From Takakia lepidozioides (lineage: Eukaryota; Plantae; Bryophyta): a stretch of 64,000 nt of DNA. The stretch is from NCBI GenBank assembly GCA_030704615.1, contig CM060731.1:47120001-47184000 (forward strand). Direction: 5' to 3'. A model generated the notes under the pieces. It worked only from the letters and a program-made list of their open reading frames with translations. It did not search any database and was not told the origin of the DNA. Positions 13,580 to 25,689 of this stretch are shown here, one piece after another; within the stretch, counting starts at the first letter, position 1; each line of letters opens with the position of its first letter. Position numbers and translations under genes: made by a program.

Positions 13580-14324
13580 GTGCTGGACACTCCCTCGGAT
13601 TACTGGATTACCAAATTCAAAGAGGAGGCGGCTGAGGAGGCTGCCAAAGTCACAACCACCGCTGCTCAAAAGCGTGAACAAAAACGCAAAGTAGACGAAG
13701 CACTACAGAGGGCTTGGGCTGGGAAATTGTTGCAGGAACTACACGTGGAGGAGATTGCTCAAAGGATCCCATTTGCAGTGCTCAAAGAGCACATGAGTGC
13801 TGGTGAACGGTTCAGCTGGGCCAAAGTGGGTGTTCTTAAGTTTACTGTCTCCCGGGAGCTTGGTCGTGATTTAGAGAGCTTTGCGCATCAGGCCCAATCC
13901 TTTGCGGCTCTGCAGGGAGTTTGTCAAGGGTGGCACGGCTATTGTCTTTGCTAATCTTCGTGAGGCCACGGCCACTGAGGCTGCTGCTGATCCTACCTAG
14001 GAAGAGGTAGTTGCTGGGGTGCTTGAGCAACGATTCCATCATTGTGCCACGGATGTAGTCGTCTTCCCTGGTAAAAGTTTCAAATACGAACGCGTGGGGC
14101 TCAGTCAGGTGGAGGAAACAGCGGAATACCCTCCCCATACCCTAATTGTCAAAGAACGCATCATTCGCTCCATTGCTAAGATCTCGTTTTGGTTCAAATC
14201 TGACCGAGAAGTCTGGGATCAGTTGGGTGAGGCGGTCTACCTCTTGCCCAAGCACAAATACATCAGTTGCCACTGTGTGGCGAATTGGGAAGAATTTCTT
14301 CAAGCTCCAGCGGATAGGAGGTAA
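13580..14324 (+). pseudogene. Extra ORF upstream of gag, function unknown, frameshifted
   Basis: Two consecutive open frames (13580-13954, 14019-14324) lie between the PBS and gag. The start is coiled-coil-like (KEEAAEEAAK...KREQKRKVDEAL). No recognisable domain. Confidence 0.4.
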
Positions 14325-14400
14325 GTTGTGTTGGTCCTGCCGATGGCTGTCTACACTAGGGCCATGCTGGAAAAGGGAGCAGAAGAGATGGTAGGCTTAA

Positions 14401-15609
14401 GTGAGTTTGAAGCCAGAAGAGAGAGAGAGAGAGTTAGCTGCTGACAAGAATGCAAACTCTCAAGCAGAAGAATCTATTGGTCAGGGAGGGGTAGAAAAGG
14501 ATAAGGTCGCTCAGGAGCCAGCTCTTGATGTGGAAGAGCTTTGTGAGGCCATGGGTGTCATATCCAACTGTCCGCCTTCAATAAAAATGTTGATCAATCA
14601 AGGTGTACCTGTGGTGTCGGATGGCAAGTCAGTGGGTTCTGTTGAAAGAATGCACAAGCAACCCTTTCCTGACTTTAATTTGGGTGAGGATTTTGAATCT
14701 TTTCTGGAATTTTTTGACATCAACAGAGAAATCAATTCAGTCCCACAGAAACTTATTGTGAAGACCTTTTGCATGTGTCTGAAAGGGGAAGCTGGAAACA
14801 TTTTTTAATCCAACATCAAAGGCAAAACTGATCTGACTTGGGCTGAGGCCAGGCAATTGGCAGATAGGTTGTTTCGGGAAGTCAAGCCCATAGCCTACAC
14901 TGTCCCTGAGCTAACCTTTTTCCCTGGTGACAGTATCTAGAAGTATTACTTTGATCTTCGTACAGCAGTCTGTAAGGCAGTGGAAGAGCCGGCTGAACGT
15001 TCAGCCATACTGAAGCATTGTTAAATCAAGGGTTTACCCCCAGCTGAAAGGGTATTCTTGCAAAAACAACATTATCACCATGAAGACGAGATGGTAGGCT
15101 TACTGGAAGAGCGACTTAGGTTGAAGGCTGCCAAGGCTGGCATGAGCTCCTCCCCTCTTAAGGCCACACATTTTCTTGCTGCTAGTCAGGAAACTAATCT
15201 AGTGGATGTTCATGGTGAGGTGACAACAACAACAGACCAGGTATTACCCACGTTGGTTCATGAGTTGCATCAATTGCGTAGTGATATGCATGACCATCTA
15301 CAGGCTTTGAAAAGTGAAGCCACATGGAGGGCCTCGGGTTCTGATGCCCCTAGCCAAAGCCCCGAAGGTTCCAAACGAGGGGTTTATAGGGGAAAAACCC
15401 AAAAATGCCTGAGGTATGTTGACAAGGCCTCACTACCTGCATGCATGATCTGTAAATCCACTGAACACTACACTCGACGCTGCCCATACATGCCTGATTT
15501 GCCAATTCTTATTGAGCAGCTTAAGAAAGAGAAGAAGGGAGCTTTAAACAAAAACGGTCGTCTAGGAGGGTGCCAGACGATCACCATAGTAGCCCTAAAT
15601 CTGTGGTAA
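14401..15609 (+). pseudogene. Retrotransposon gag (capsid-like region plus CCHC zinc knuckle), disrupted
   Basis: FESFLEFF...LKGEAGNIF*...LTWAEAR capsid-like pattern; zinc knuckle CMICKSTEHYTRRC; internal stops. Confidence 0.7.
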
Positions 15610-15661
15610 GTCCGGTTCTCTCACAAGATTTTAAGTTATTGCATTGTGAGCTCTCCGTACC

Positions 15662-16050
15662 ATGTGCAAGCTTTGTGTTCATCCTCTCATGACACAATGT
15701 CATGTGGATCACTTGTCCTTTTCTTGTATTATAGATACTAGATGCACAATGTCTGCAGTACCACTGAGTGTGGTGCGTGTCTTAGGCCTCAAGCTACAAT
15801 CTGCCACTGGCCTTACAGTGACCATTGCTGACGGTACAACCTATGAACCATTAGGGCTAGTGACAATTCCCATCAGAGTTAGTGGAAAAACTGTTGTTCT
15901 CACATGCTTTGTCACTTTGGGAGAACAGTTCCTATTGGGGTTAGATTGGATGAAGGGGGCGGAGGCCAGCATCAATGTACATGATAGTGTCATGTGGCTC
16001 CATAACGGTGAAGGAAACCCCTATAAGGTAAGCCTCGCCCCCGTCTCTCT
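15662..16050 (+). pseudogene. Retropepsin aspartic protease of the gypsy element
   Basis: CIIDTRCTMSAVP (DTG>DTR), VTIADG flap region, FLLGLDWM. Confidence 0.8.
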
Positions 16051-16247
16051 TGCTGCTGGTACCTCTATGGCAAATTTTGTTAAGCTCAAGTTGCAAGCTG
16101 AAGCTATGAGGGAACAGGTAGGATCAACTTACAATTGGGTCTCGATTCAGTTAGTACAAGGCACCCATGGACTGCTTACACCAGTGGCACTTCCCTTCTC
16201 CAGGCAAGAAAGGCACTGCTCCCTAACCTATTCCCCAAAATACGCTT

Positions 16248-16436
16248 TTGTTGAGGGCCCCCACTGATTTTGTGATCCTTGCTTTTTCCCAATGCATTGT
16301 CCCCACGGGTCTAGCATTTCTCTGTTTCCAAGGTCATTTCTTAGAAATTGAGGGCTGGTGCAAGTTAACATTGCAAAAACATTGCCTTATTGCTACTGGG
16401 GTCCTTGATCGTGGCTTCAAAGGTGAAACCCGGCTC
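16248..16436 (+). pseudogene. Trimeric dUTPase-like domain remnant inside gypsy pol, truncated after motif 3
   Basis: LRAPTDFVILAFSQCIVPTGLAFLCFQGHFLEIEGWCKLTLQKHCLIATGVLDRGFKGE follows dUTPase spacing: ..IVPTGL.., a motif-2 site (GRS-like, here GWC), and motif 3 GVIDxDYRGE (here GVLDRGFKGE, 16398-16427). Confidence 0.72.
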
Positions 16437-16438
16437 CT

Positions 16439-17790
16439 GAGACATTTGATCAACTCAACGGTGCTATTATATTCTCTTCTCTTGATCTCGCAGCAGGGTT
16501 TTGGCAAGTACCTCTCACTCCAGCTGCTAAAGAAAAGATTGCTTTTACGTGTAGGATGGGCATGTATCAGTTTGAAACCATGCCTTTTGGGCTTTGCAAT
16601 GCCACAACTACGTTTCAACGATTAATGGATGTTGTCTTAGGAAACTTACGCTGGGAGTGTGCTATTGTCTATATAGATGATATCAATGTTTACTCTACTA
16701 CCTTTGAGGCTCATCTGGTGGACTTGCAAAGGGTGGTGTGTAGACTCCATGCTGCTGGACTTAAGGTCAAAGCAAAGAAATGCGACTTTTGCATGGTGCA
16801 GCTGCATTTTCTCGGCCATCTCCTTTCTGCTGCGGGCATCAGCCCAGATCCCAGCAAAATTCGGGTTGTGTGGGAGTACCCTACCCCCAAGGACAAACAT
16901 TGTGTCAAAGCTTTTCTTGGATTAGGCTGAAATCTGCTTGAAGGTTGGTTGACCATGTGAAACCCTCTTTAGCATAGGCATTTCTTGTGCTCACCCATCC
17001 AGGACAAGGCACAAAAGATGAACGGTGGTCTTCAGCAGGACAGTACCTCTGAGGGCGGCCAATGTGACCCTCTCCAAAATTGTTGTAAGAGCTGTAGAGA
17101 ATAAGACAAAAACCTGCCATGCCCATCTTGAGGATCACTTGAGGAAAGAGCACATGACTTTGACGAAAAGTTAGCCCTAACAGATACTGAAAAGCCATGC
17201 TGATAGATTCTCTCAATTCCAAAGATGCCTTACAAGATTCTCATATAATACTCTTACTACCGCCGCTTCATCTTTCAATTTGCAAAGATTGTTGCACCTC
17301 TTACTAGACTCTTGTCCAAGGATGTTTGCTTTGTGTGGGGCCTGGCTGAGCGCTCTGCCTTTGACAAACTCAAAATTGCCTTGACATCTGCCCCTGTTCT
17401 CGCTTACCCCGATTTTACCTTGCCCTTTTTGTTGCAGATTGATGCCAGTGACTTGGCTATCTCTGCAGTGCTTAGCCATTTCAGGATGGAAAAGAGCATG
17501 TCGTGGCCTATGCCTCTAGGCGCTTAGACAAACATGAACGCAACTATTCCATCACGGATAAGGAAGGTCTGACAGTGATTTTTGGTGTCAAATATTTTCG
17601 CCAGTATCTTCATGGTTGCCCATTTGTAGTAGAAACTGATCATCTTCCCTTAAAAGCCTTGCTCACCCCTAGAGAACTGATAGGGAGGTTAGCCAGGTGG
17701 GCTCTAATTTTTCAGGCATTTGACTTCAAGATTACCTATAAACGAGGCAAAGATAATGTTAATGCGGATGCCCTCACTCGTGCAGAGACT
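16439..17790 (+). pseudogene. Reverse transcriptase and RNase H of the gypsy element (N-terminal RT deleted; ~320-bp insertion at ~16927-17250)
   Basis: FSSLDLAAGFWQV, MPFGLCNA, VYIDDI, KAFLGL [insertion] YYRRFI; RNase H LQIDASDLAISAVLS, NYSITDKEGL, VETDH, NVNADALTR. Confidence 0.9.
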
Positions 17791-18218
17791 AAAGCTGCTG
17801 ACCCTTATACCACCTTAGATGATTTGGCTCGCCTACCCTCTCCCTCATCTCCTCGTGTTGTTGCAGACTTACATTTTGATCCTAATATTGTTTTATGTCA
17901 TTAACTTGATCATCCCTCTGTACCTGCTGACTTGCTTGACAGCTAGGATATTCTACAGTTTGATGTTCATTAGATTTCCTACTGGTACTGGCATGCATTT
18001 GAGTGTGGCAGACGCACTGGGTTTCGTTATGTCTCTTACATAAGCCTGCTCCATTCTTATCCTGCATCTTACATGATTTTGTTCCTGACCAAGGGACTGA
18101 GCTGTTTTTAAGGCCTGCCTGCTCACACCTTCATAGGCAGCCACTGAAAGTATGACATGATACATGAAAAGAAGAACACGGGGGCGGACACTTTCTCTTT
18201 CACCACAAAGGTTGTAGT

Positions 18219-19446
18219 ATGGATGACCCACTTTACGAAGCTCTTCTTCATAGGTGCAAAGCCGGCACCCACGTAAGTGGCATATCCAAGCTACTTATGA
18301 GGCAAGTTAACTATCACTTATCTACCCACCGGGAAAGTGAAGGGCGTTTGTTCAAAGTCAATGCTTTGGAAGGCCAATCTACTGTGGAAGTCCCTCCTAG
18401 GTCCGTTGTTCCTGCCTTGCTTGAGCTTTACCATGCTTCTACTTATGCTGGTCATTTGGGGGTTACCAAGACAGTCAAACGTTTACAAGAACAGTATCAT
18501 TAAAAAAGGTTGGTGAAGGATGTTTCAACCTTCATTGCTAGACGTGTTCCCTGTCATGCTAAGACCATACTGCCTAGAACCGAGGCTCCATTACCTTTAC
18601 AGCCTATCCCTGTCACGGAACCTGGGTAGGCTTAGATTTAGATGGACCACTCAAACCCACATCCAAGGGCCATGCATACCTTCGGATTTCCTGACAAAAT
18701 GGGTTGAGCTCCGACCATTGGTTGCTAAGGACAGTGATGAAGTGGTTCAATTCTTCTTTGACAAGGTGATCCTCCGCCACGGATGTCCCATTGAGATCCT
18801 CATGGATCAAGGTACAGAGTTTTGTAACCAGCTCATGGATATTGTCTTGTTTAACTTGAATACTAATCATGCGGTGACTGCCCCTTATAACCCCCAATGC
18901 AATGGCTTGACGGGGCGTTTTAACAAGTCCATGTGTCAGATGTTAGAGAAGAATGAGACTTTGATTGACGAGTGGGACATGACTGTTCCAATTCTGTTGT
19001 TTGCTTATCACACTTCTATTCATGCTAGTACTAAGCTTTCCCCTTTTGAGTTATTGTATGGCAGGAAATGTCGTACCCATTTGCATATTTCGTGGTTGCA
19101 GGTGTCGACCACTGAACCTGAAAACTGGTAGTAATTTTTGCTTACTATGGATGCTAAGCGCAGGCAGCTTCGTGAGACTGCCAAATCCAATATACAGTAT
19201 GCACATGCATCCTAGGCTAGGTATTATAACCATAAGGTCGTGTATTATGAGTCCTTTAAAATAGGGCAATCTGTTTGTGTCCGGTTACAACCAGGGAAGC
19301 AAGTCTCTAAGGCTAAGCGGCGTATCGATGGCCCTTACCTTATCATGGAAATTCTTCCAGGGAGGCAGTATGTGCTTTGGCAGGTGATTTATACTCCTAT
19401 TGGGGCTGCTCTTTCCCGCCTGCAATCTGTTTCAACTGAGCCATAG
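18219..19446 (+). pseudogene. Integrase of the gypsy element, disrupted
   Basis: HHCC region YHASTYAGHLGVTKT; core DFLTKW, LMDQGTEF, TAPYNPQCNGLTGR (catalytic E>G); SPFELLYGR; GPY motif DGPYLI. Confidence 0.88.
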
Positions 19447-21086
19447 TTAGCATTTCCTTGTCGTTTCGTCCTAGCAAGGGCATCAGCTTGTACCTACAAG
19501 CTTGGGGTTTTTCCAGTCAGATCTTTTATCCTTCGCCCAACTTGCAGTGACAAGGTTTTGTTCTACTGGTTTTTTCATCCCAAGCTTGATCGGATGCCTA
19601 GTTTCTTTAATTTTGTTATAGATCCCTTGTTCCCTTTTCTTAGTAGCTCGCTGGGGCTCGCTTTGTTAGAGGGGCCAGCAAGCCTCACATATGTAAGGGC
19701 TTGATTCCCACCTACTTACTTTTGGGCATGGATGAATGATATCACGGACGAAGCAGGATGATGATGCACTTCCAGGCTAACGAATGACACCGGATGAGGC
19801 TCTCAATTAATCTTAGCTGGAAATAGGTGGAGTAGCCGTTACGCATTAGACGCTGGTACTGGTGGCTATATTAAGTTGATGTTGTCTTTAGTTAACAGTT
19901 AGATTAGGATCAGATTAGAGGATCTGGCAGGCTTGTGTGGTCTAGCTGGTGTGACATCTGGCTAACCAATAGAAGGCAGCCGTTTTGCCTGGATACACTA
20001 GAAGAAAAACGCGGAATAACCACTCTGTTAACCACTCATTTTGAGTGGTAAAAGACACTAAACCACTCTGGCCCCAGAGTAATGAAGAACCAATGCATTA
20101 GGACAAGTGAATGGTAAAAGACATTACGTGGCACCGGTGGTTAAGGACAGTGGTTCGAACCACTCACGTCCGGGTCCTCCTGTTAGTTGACGTGTCACAG
20201 TGGTAAATTAACCACTGTGACATGTCAATGACGTGTCACTGAGGTAAATCAACCACTTATGACGTGTCACAGTGGTAAACTGACGTGTCATAGTGGTAAA
20301 GTAACCACTTCCGTTTTGTAGTGGAGATGTGTAAGCCAATGGTCCGTGGATGATATTGGAGATTAAATCGACACGTGGCGACACTCTCAGCATGGACACG
20401 TGTCGTGTGTCAGTGCTACGAAATGGATGGAGTGAAAAATTCAATGACTTCCGAAACCACTTGTTGAGTGACCACAAAATGACTCATAGAGTCATTCTAT
20501 GAAAACTGAGAATATACAATATCACTCACAGAGTGGTTATGTGAGTGGATGACGTCTCTCAGCAGGTCATTGGAATGATTACCCACAGAGTGGTGTGTAA
20601 GCTATTTGAGTCATTCATGGTGTCTCTCTGAGTGGGAACTATGGATTGGAGTCATTACTAGCAGAGTGGTGTGTAAGTGATTAGGAATACCACTGGAGGA
20701 ATTCATACCACTAGTACAGTAATATATATGTGACTACTTATACCACTATACAAGTGGTAATGTAGGCAATTGTGTGCATTTGGCTACTCCCACAGTTTTA
20801 AATTATACCACTATTACAGTGATGTATAAGTGATTATGAACATGACTAGAGGAACACATACCACTAGTGTAGTGTTTAAAGAAGTACCATTGGGGATTCA
20901 AGTTCCACAAAATAGAATAGACTCCTAGAGAGTTAAGTGCTAGAACATTGTCAACAAAATCCAGCCATGATAAAAAACACTAAGCCTAACTTGTACATGA
21001 CGTCTCCGCATGCATGCTAGGAACACTAAACTGCTTTCATGCCTTCTTCTCACTGCCAGCAATGTCTATGCCCGGGCGAACGAAAT

Positions 21087-24000
21087 CTAAGCCCTCTTCA
21101 TGTTCTTCTCTGGCCAAAGACAATTCAGACCAACGACATCCTCCAACATTGTTTGCGGTGGGACCTCTTCCTCGTTAGGGTGAGGCAAGACACAATTGGC
21201 AATATAGATATCATTCACCTCAACCCGCCACAATCCCTCAGGTATAACACGGCAGTGATATGTATCTTTGTCAGGCACACCAGTGACAATTCCACTGGCA
21301 GCCCTGTGTCGTGGTAAATGAGGATCATATAGGCTGATTTTGTCCTTCAACTTAAACTGCACACAACACCCACCATAAAACCCACATTAATCAACCCATG
21401 AAGACATACATGTACATTGAAAACTAGATACTGAGGACCGCCCAGTATAAGCAATCATTGAAAGTGTAGAGTACTTTTGGTAGCATAAGAATATCTGCCA
21501 CTGTGGCAGGGGGTTGATATTTGGGGGTTGCCTTTAAAGGCGCAGCAGTTGGTGCATTGTCAGTGGCAGTATCAAGAGCGGCTTTCTCAACCTGCAAACA
21601 TCACGCCCAACACCCCTTAGCAGTTTTATTTAGCAATGCATCTACTAATAGTTTGAAGTACCCAACATGTAAATGGCCACATTGTACATAACTGATAGCC
21701 AACAGGTGCATGCATGTTCACCTATAGTACGAAAACTGCTGCATGGAGAGGTGCCTCCTGAAGGCCCACCTGACTCTTACTCCCGCTAGAACTTGGTGTT
21801 ATGTCACCATTTGCATTAGTCAAGGACTTTGTGCCTTTGGCAGCAGTGGCTCTGGTTACTCGCTCTCCTTTTCGCATGTACTTCTTCTCAGCTCCCTTCA
21901 CAATGGCTGGGGCAGGGTCCTCTGCTTTAGTCCCCTTCTACATGCCAACAAAACAACAAGATATAGTACATGAGTACGTCTTACCATACCTCACTACAAC
22001 AGATCGCGGTATTTATGACTGTATATATGACTATTCTGTAGTCATAAACGGTACATATGACTTCTATGACTGTAAGTCGTGCAAACCAAGTGAATACAAT
22101 GAGTACAAGATGGTACGGTCCGGATGACTACAGTCAGATGAACCAAGTGATATCTCTCACTGCAGTCATATATACCATCATACTGCAGTCGTCGCTGCCG
22201 CGCCACGTGGCGAGGCGCAATTGATTAAAATTTTAATTTAATTTAAAAAACTAGAAAATTTAAAAACATATGTCGGACACCGCGTCGCACCGCATAGTGC
22301 CACGTGGCATAATGTATTTTATAATAATGAAAAAACCACGTGGCAGCCCATCTAGGCTACCACGTGTTATCCCTAGCTCGCATATTAACCCTAGGGCCAT
22401 CTTATCCATTTGATTGTACTTAGAGGAGTTTGAATCTACAACCTCTTTACTATAAGCTATAAGAGTTATAGTTCACTACCTTCTAACCAATACACCCATT
22501 AGTCATTCATGTGATCATATGGTATTTTAATTGTATTATACACACCAAATTATAAAATCCCCAGTAGTCATCATGACTATGTAATCTCATCCATGTACAC
22601 TGTAGTCATGGAAATGACTATGAATGGTGAGCTAAATCTGGTCAATTGCCGTTGACCAGCCTTCCGCCCATTCCGGAGCCATGTAGTCATACAGACGACT
22701 ACTTAGATAGTCGTTCATATGACTACAGTCGTATAAACGACTGCGGGAGGTCAATTTCATATAAAAACATGGTGAAGTCATGGTTAAAGTCAAGAAAACC
22801 ATGACTACCACGGTTTTGCAGTCATAACTACCGCGATCTGTTGTAGTGCCTGATGCATAGAATTCATGGCACACACCAATAAATAGATCATTCATGAAAT
22901 GTTTTCAGAGTAAAAAACAGAAAGCCCAAGGACAGGAACCAAGACAAAGTCTTTGAGGGCGTACCTCTTTCTGTGGGGAAGTTGGCTTCACATGCTGATC
23001 TGCCAACCCCCTACTGTCCCCCTTACCAACACTCTCGGTGGAGCAGACGTCCTCACGAGCAGCCAATATTGCTGTCCCGCCAGCTCCACCTCCCTTCTTA
23101 CGTGGCAATTTATCAGGAATTCCCTTGCGCCCCAATTTTACTTGGGTCACCTGAAGGTCCTCAATGGCAGACGACTTTGGCTTTTCCCCAACCTCAAGAG
23201 GTTCTCCCTGCACCCAAGCAAAACATATCAGAGCAGTAAACTTCAAAGTCAACTAACACTGAATGGATGACAACCACAAAAATAAGTTGGGGTGAAGGTG
23301 CACAAACCATCTTCTCCGTAGCAGTCTTCCCTCCCAAGCCTGCGTCGGAATCGCAAGGTTCAATAACAGTACATATTGGGATAGTAGTTGGAGGAGGGGC
23401 GGTTGCTGACATTCCCAACATCATTGCCATCAATGCATCCAGTTTTTTGCTATTGTCCGCAGAAGCCTTAGCAACTTCTGCTTTTATAGTGGCCAATTCG
23501 CCCTCAATCGTCGGGATCTGACCGTCTGCCAAGGCAAGCACACTACCCTCAAGGGACGACAGTCGAGACTGCATCGCACTGCCCCCTCCCTATACAGCCA
23601 AAGAAAGACACATAATCAGCCCGCATGGCCTGGCTACTGCTCCAACAAAATGAATGCAACAAAAAAAAATACCCACACGTCATTTACCTGTGCACCTCCA
23701 ATTGACTGGGAGCCTAAACCCTTGTCCGCCTTCGATGCGTGTGCCAGCTCAGTGATGCTTGGACTTCGTGCTCTCTCTTTCTTCTGCCAGGGCCACAAAA
23801 AAAATAAAAAAATAGTCCCTATTCATCCAAACAAGTGGGGCGTTTACAGAGGCATGATTGTAGTGACAGTTTGCAACTACCTCACAGGGCAGAGATGGTA
23901 TCCTACTCCATCACATACATGTGTATATATGTACATACATATAGATGTATACATATACTAAAATGTGGTGCAGATATTCATATTACCAAGCGTCGGGCCT

Positions 24001-24900
24001 GTCCAGCCAACCCTGCTCTTCCAACCCTCGATGGGTTGGTAGTGCTCTCTTCATGTTCTCACTCTCTTTCTTGCCCTTGGGGGAATCCCAGTACTTCACC
24101 AATGCATCCCAATGGCAAGACTCTATACTCGGAGGGCATGGACCTCCAGCAAACCACGCATGCTTTAACTTTTGGCGGTGTACTTTTATAATCCTCCCAC
24201 ATGCTTTCTGGAACTTGTCAACGCTCATAAGTTTAGGATAGTACTCAAAATCCGCGTCCATGGATTCCTTAACCTTGGCCATGTCACTAGGTTCCTGCTT
24301 GTCTGCTAGCAAAATGCTAGGATCAAGATATCTGATGCAGAGTCCCCACAAGGAGCTCTGCCAGTAATCCTTCCCCTCACACCCCTGGTCTACTTCCCCC
24401 TTAGAGTTTAGTTGTACCTTGTGCGGCTTCAGCCCAACAGATTTGCGGGCTTTCGCATCAGTTTCATGTTCCTTTACAGCCAGTCTTTTTAGTCTTTTTT
24501 TGTTTGCAGCCTGCGACGCCACATCCCCTTGCTGTGTGGAATCTTGATCATCACCAGCAGGGGGGGTGAATGGAGGAGCAGCACCATTAAAAGGGGGGCC
24601 TGCCCACTGCCCACCAGCGGCGTTGCATGGAGGGCCCCAAGTTTGGGCACCTCCTTGTACCCAAGCTCCTTGGGGTCCTCCATTGGACCCACTTGGAATC
24701 CATGACCACGTGTTCGTCGTCTGTGGAGGGGCCATGGGTTGCTGCCAGGTAGGTGCTCCTTGTTGCAGCCATGTTTTCCCACCTCTGGATTGCACCCATG
24801 GGCCATTCGGGCCTTGTTGCACCCATGTCGTAGGTGGACCAGTAGCATTCGCCACAACCTCAGTCCCCCCTTCCTTTGCACGCTTTGATGCAGCCTAACA
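21087..24900 (-). pseudogene. CACTA TnpA/ORF2-like multi-exon gene
   Basis: Ptta/En-Spm-like HWDALVKYWDSPKGKKESENMKRA; coiled-coil exon 23194-23574; C-terminal Tnp1/En-Spm-like domain (ASGIVTG..YHCRVIPEGLWRVEV..LPHPNE..LEDVVG..CLWP, 21087-21362). Exon structure is only partly resolved and at least one frameshift is likely. Confidence 0.7.
21992..22848. mobile_element. Non-autonomous CACTA element (857 bp) nested in the TnpA-like gene
   Basis: TIR CACTACAACAGATCGCGGTA(T/G)TTATGACTG matches 29/30. TSD CCT on both sides. Its own ATGACTA/TAGTCAT subterminal repeats differ from those of the host CACTA. Confidence 0.93.
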
Positions 24901-25689
24901 CAAGCCCCTCCACCCCACAAAGTTAGCAATGATGGAAAATAAGGCCAACCGGGCAACGAGCAAGGTCGGCAGTTCGTGAACGCATACAAAACCTTGGCCC
25001 AACGTGCCAAGAAAAGTTTGGCATCCAATGGCGTGAATGCATGGAATGTCATGCTCTGGCGCCCTAGCAATGTCCCACATCCATTCAGTATTAAAACCCT
25101 AATACATGTTCTAACCCTTTGAAATTTAATCCAGCAGTCAAGCCATACATAGTCCAACTCGTAAGCCATTCATCTTTCTAACAAAGTTTCCAGGTCATTC
25201 ACATTTAGGAAAGAACCAAGGTTTGATATATAACATTTACCACCATATATGCAGATTGTAAACTCATCACAAAAGCTGATTGCAGGTCTGGAGATAAATC
25301 TCCGGAACCAGGCTCAAATCATATCAGGTTCGAAATGAAACAATCAACCATTCATGCCTTAAGTTCACAAGCCAATCATAGTAGTAATAGGCTTGGTTAT
25401 ATAAACCAATCACCATCTCAGTCACTGTAAGCATATACAGTTCATGAGCCATTCTCCAGCCTCTTCCTCACTCCCAGTCCAGCCCCACACACTCCCTTCT
25501 CCATCAGTTCATCACTCCAAAGATCATTCCTCCGCCATACACCCCAGCCTCTTACTCACTTAGATTTACCCTAAACCTTGCTCGGTTCTGCCTCTACCTC
25601 TGCTTTACACAAAACCCTACCCTAAACCCTACACATCATGAAAATGCTCAATTGCTTCCACAATCTGAGAGGAACTAAGGGTGAGATTG

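Noticed and set aside
17950-18040. Archaeal-type RNase H (ILQFD...) between RH and INT
   Set aside because: Only a 5-residue resemblance; the other catalytic residues cannot be placed without arbitrary frameshifts.
25560-25632. Interstitial telomere repeat
   Set aside because: Only a few scattered (A)AACCCTA motifs, not an array.
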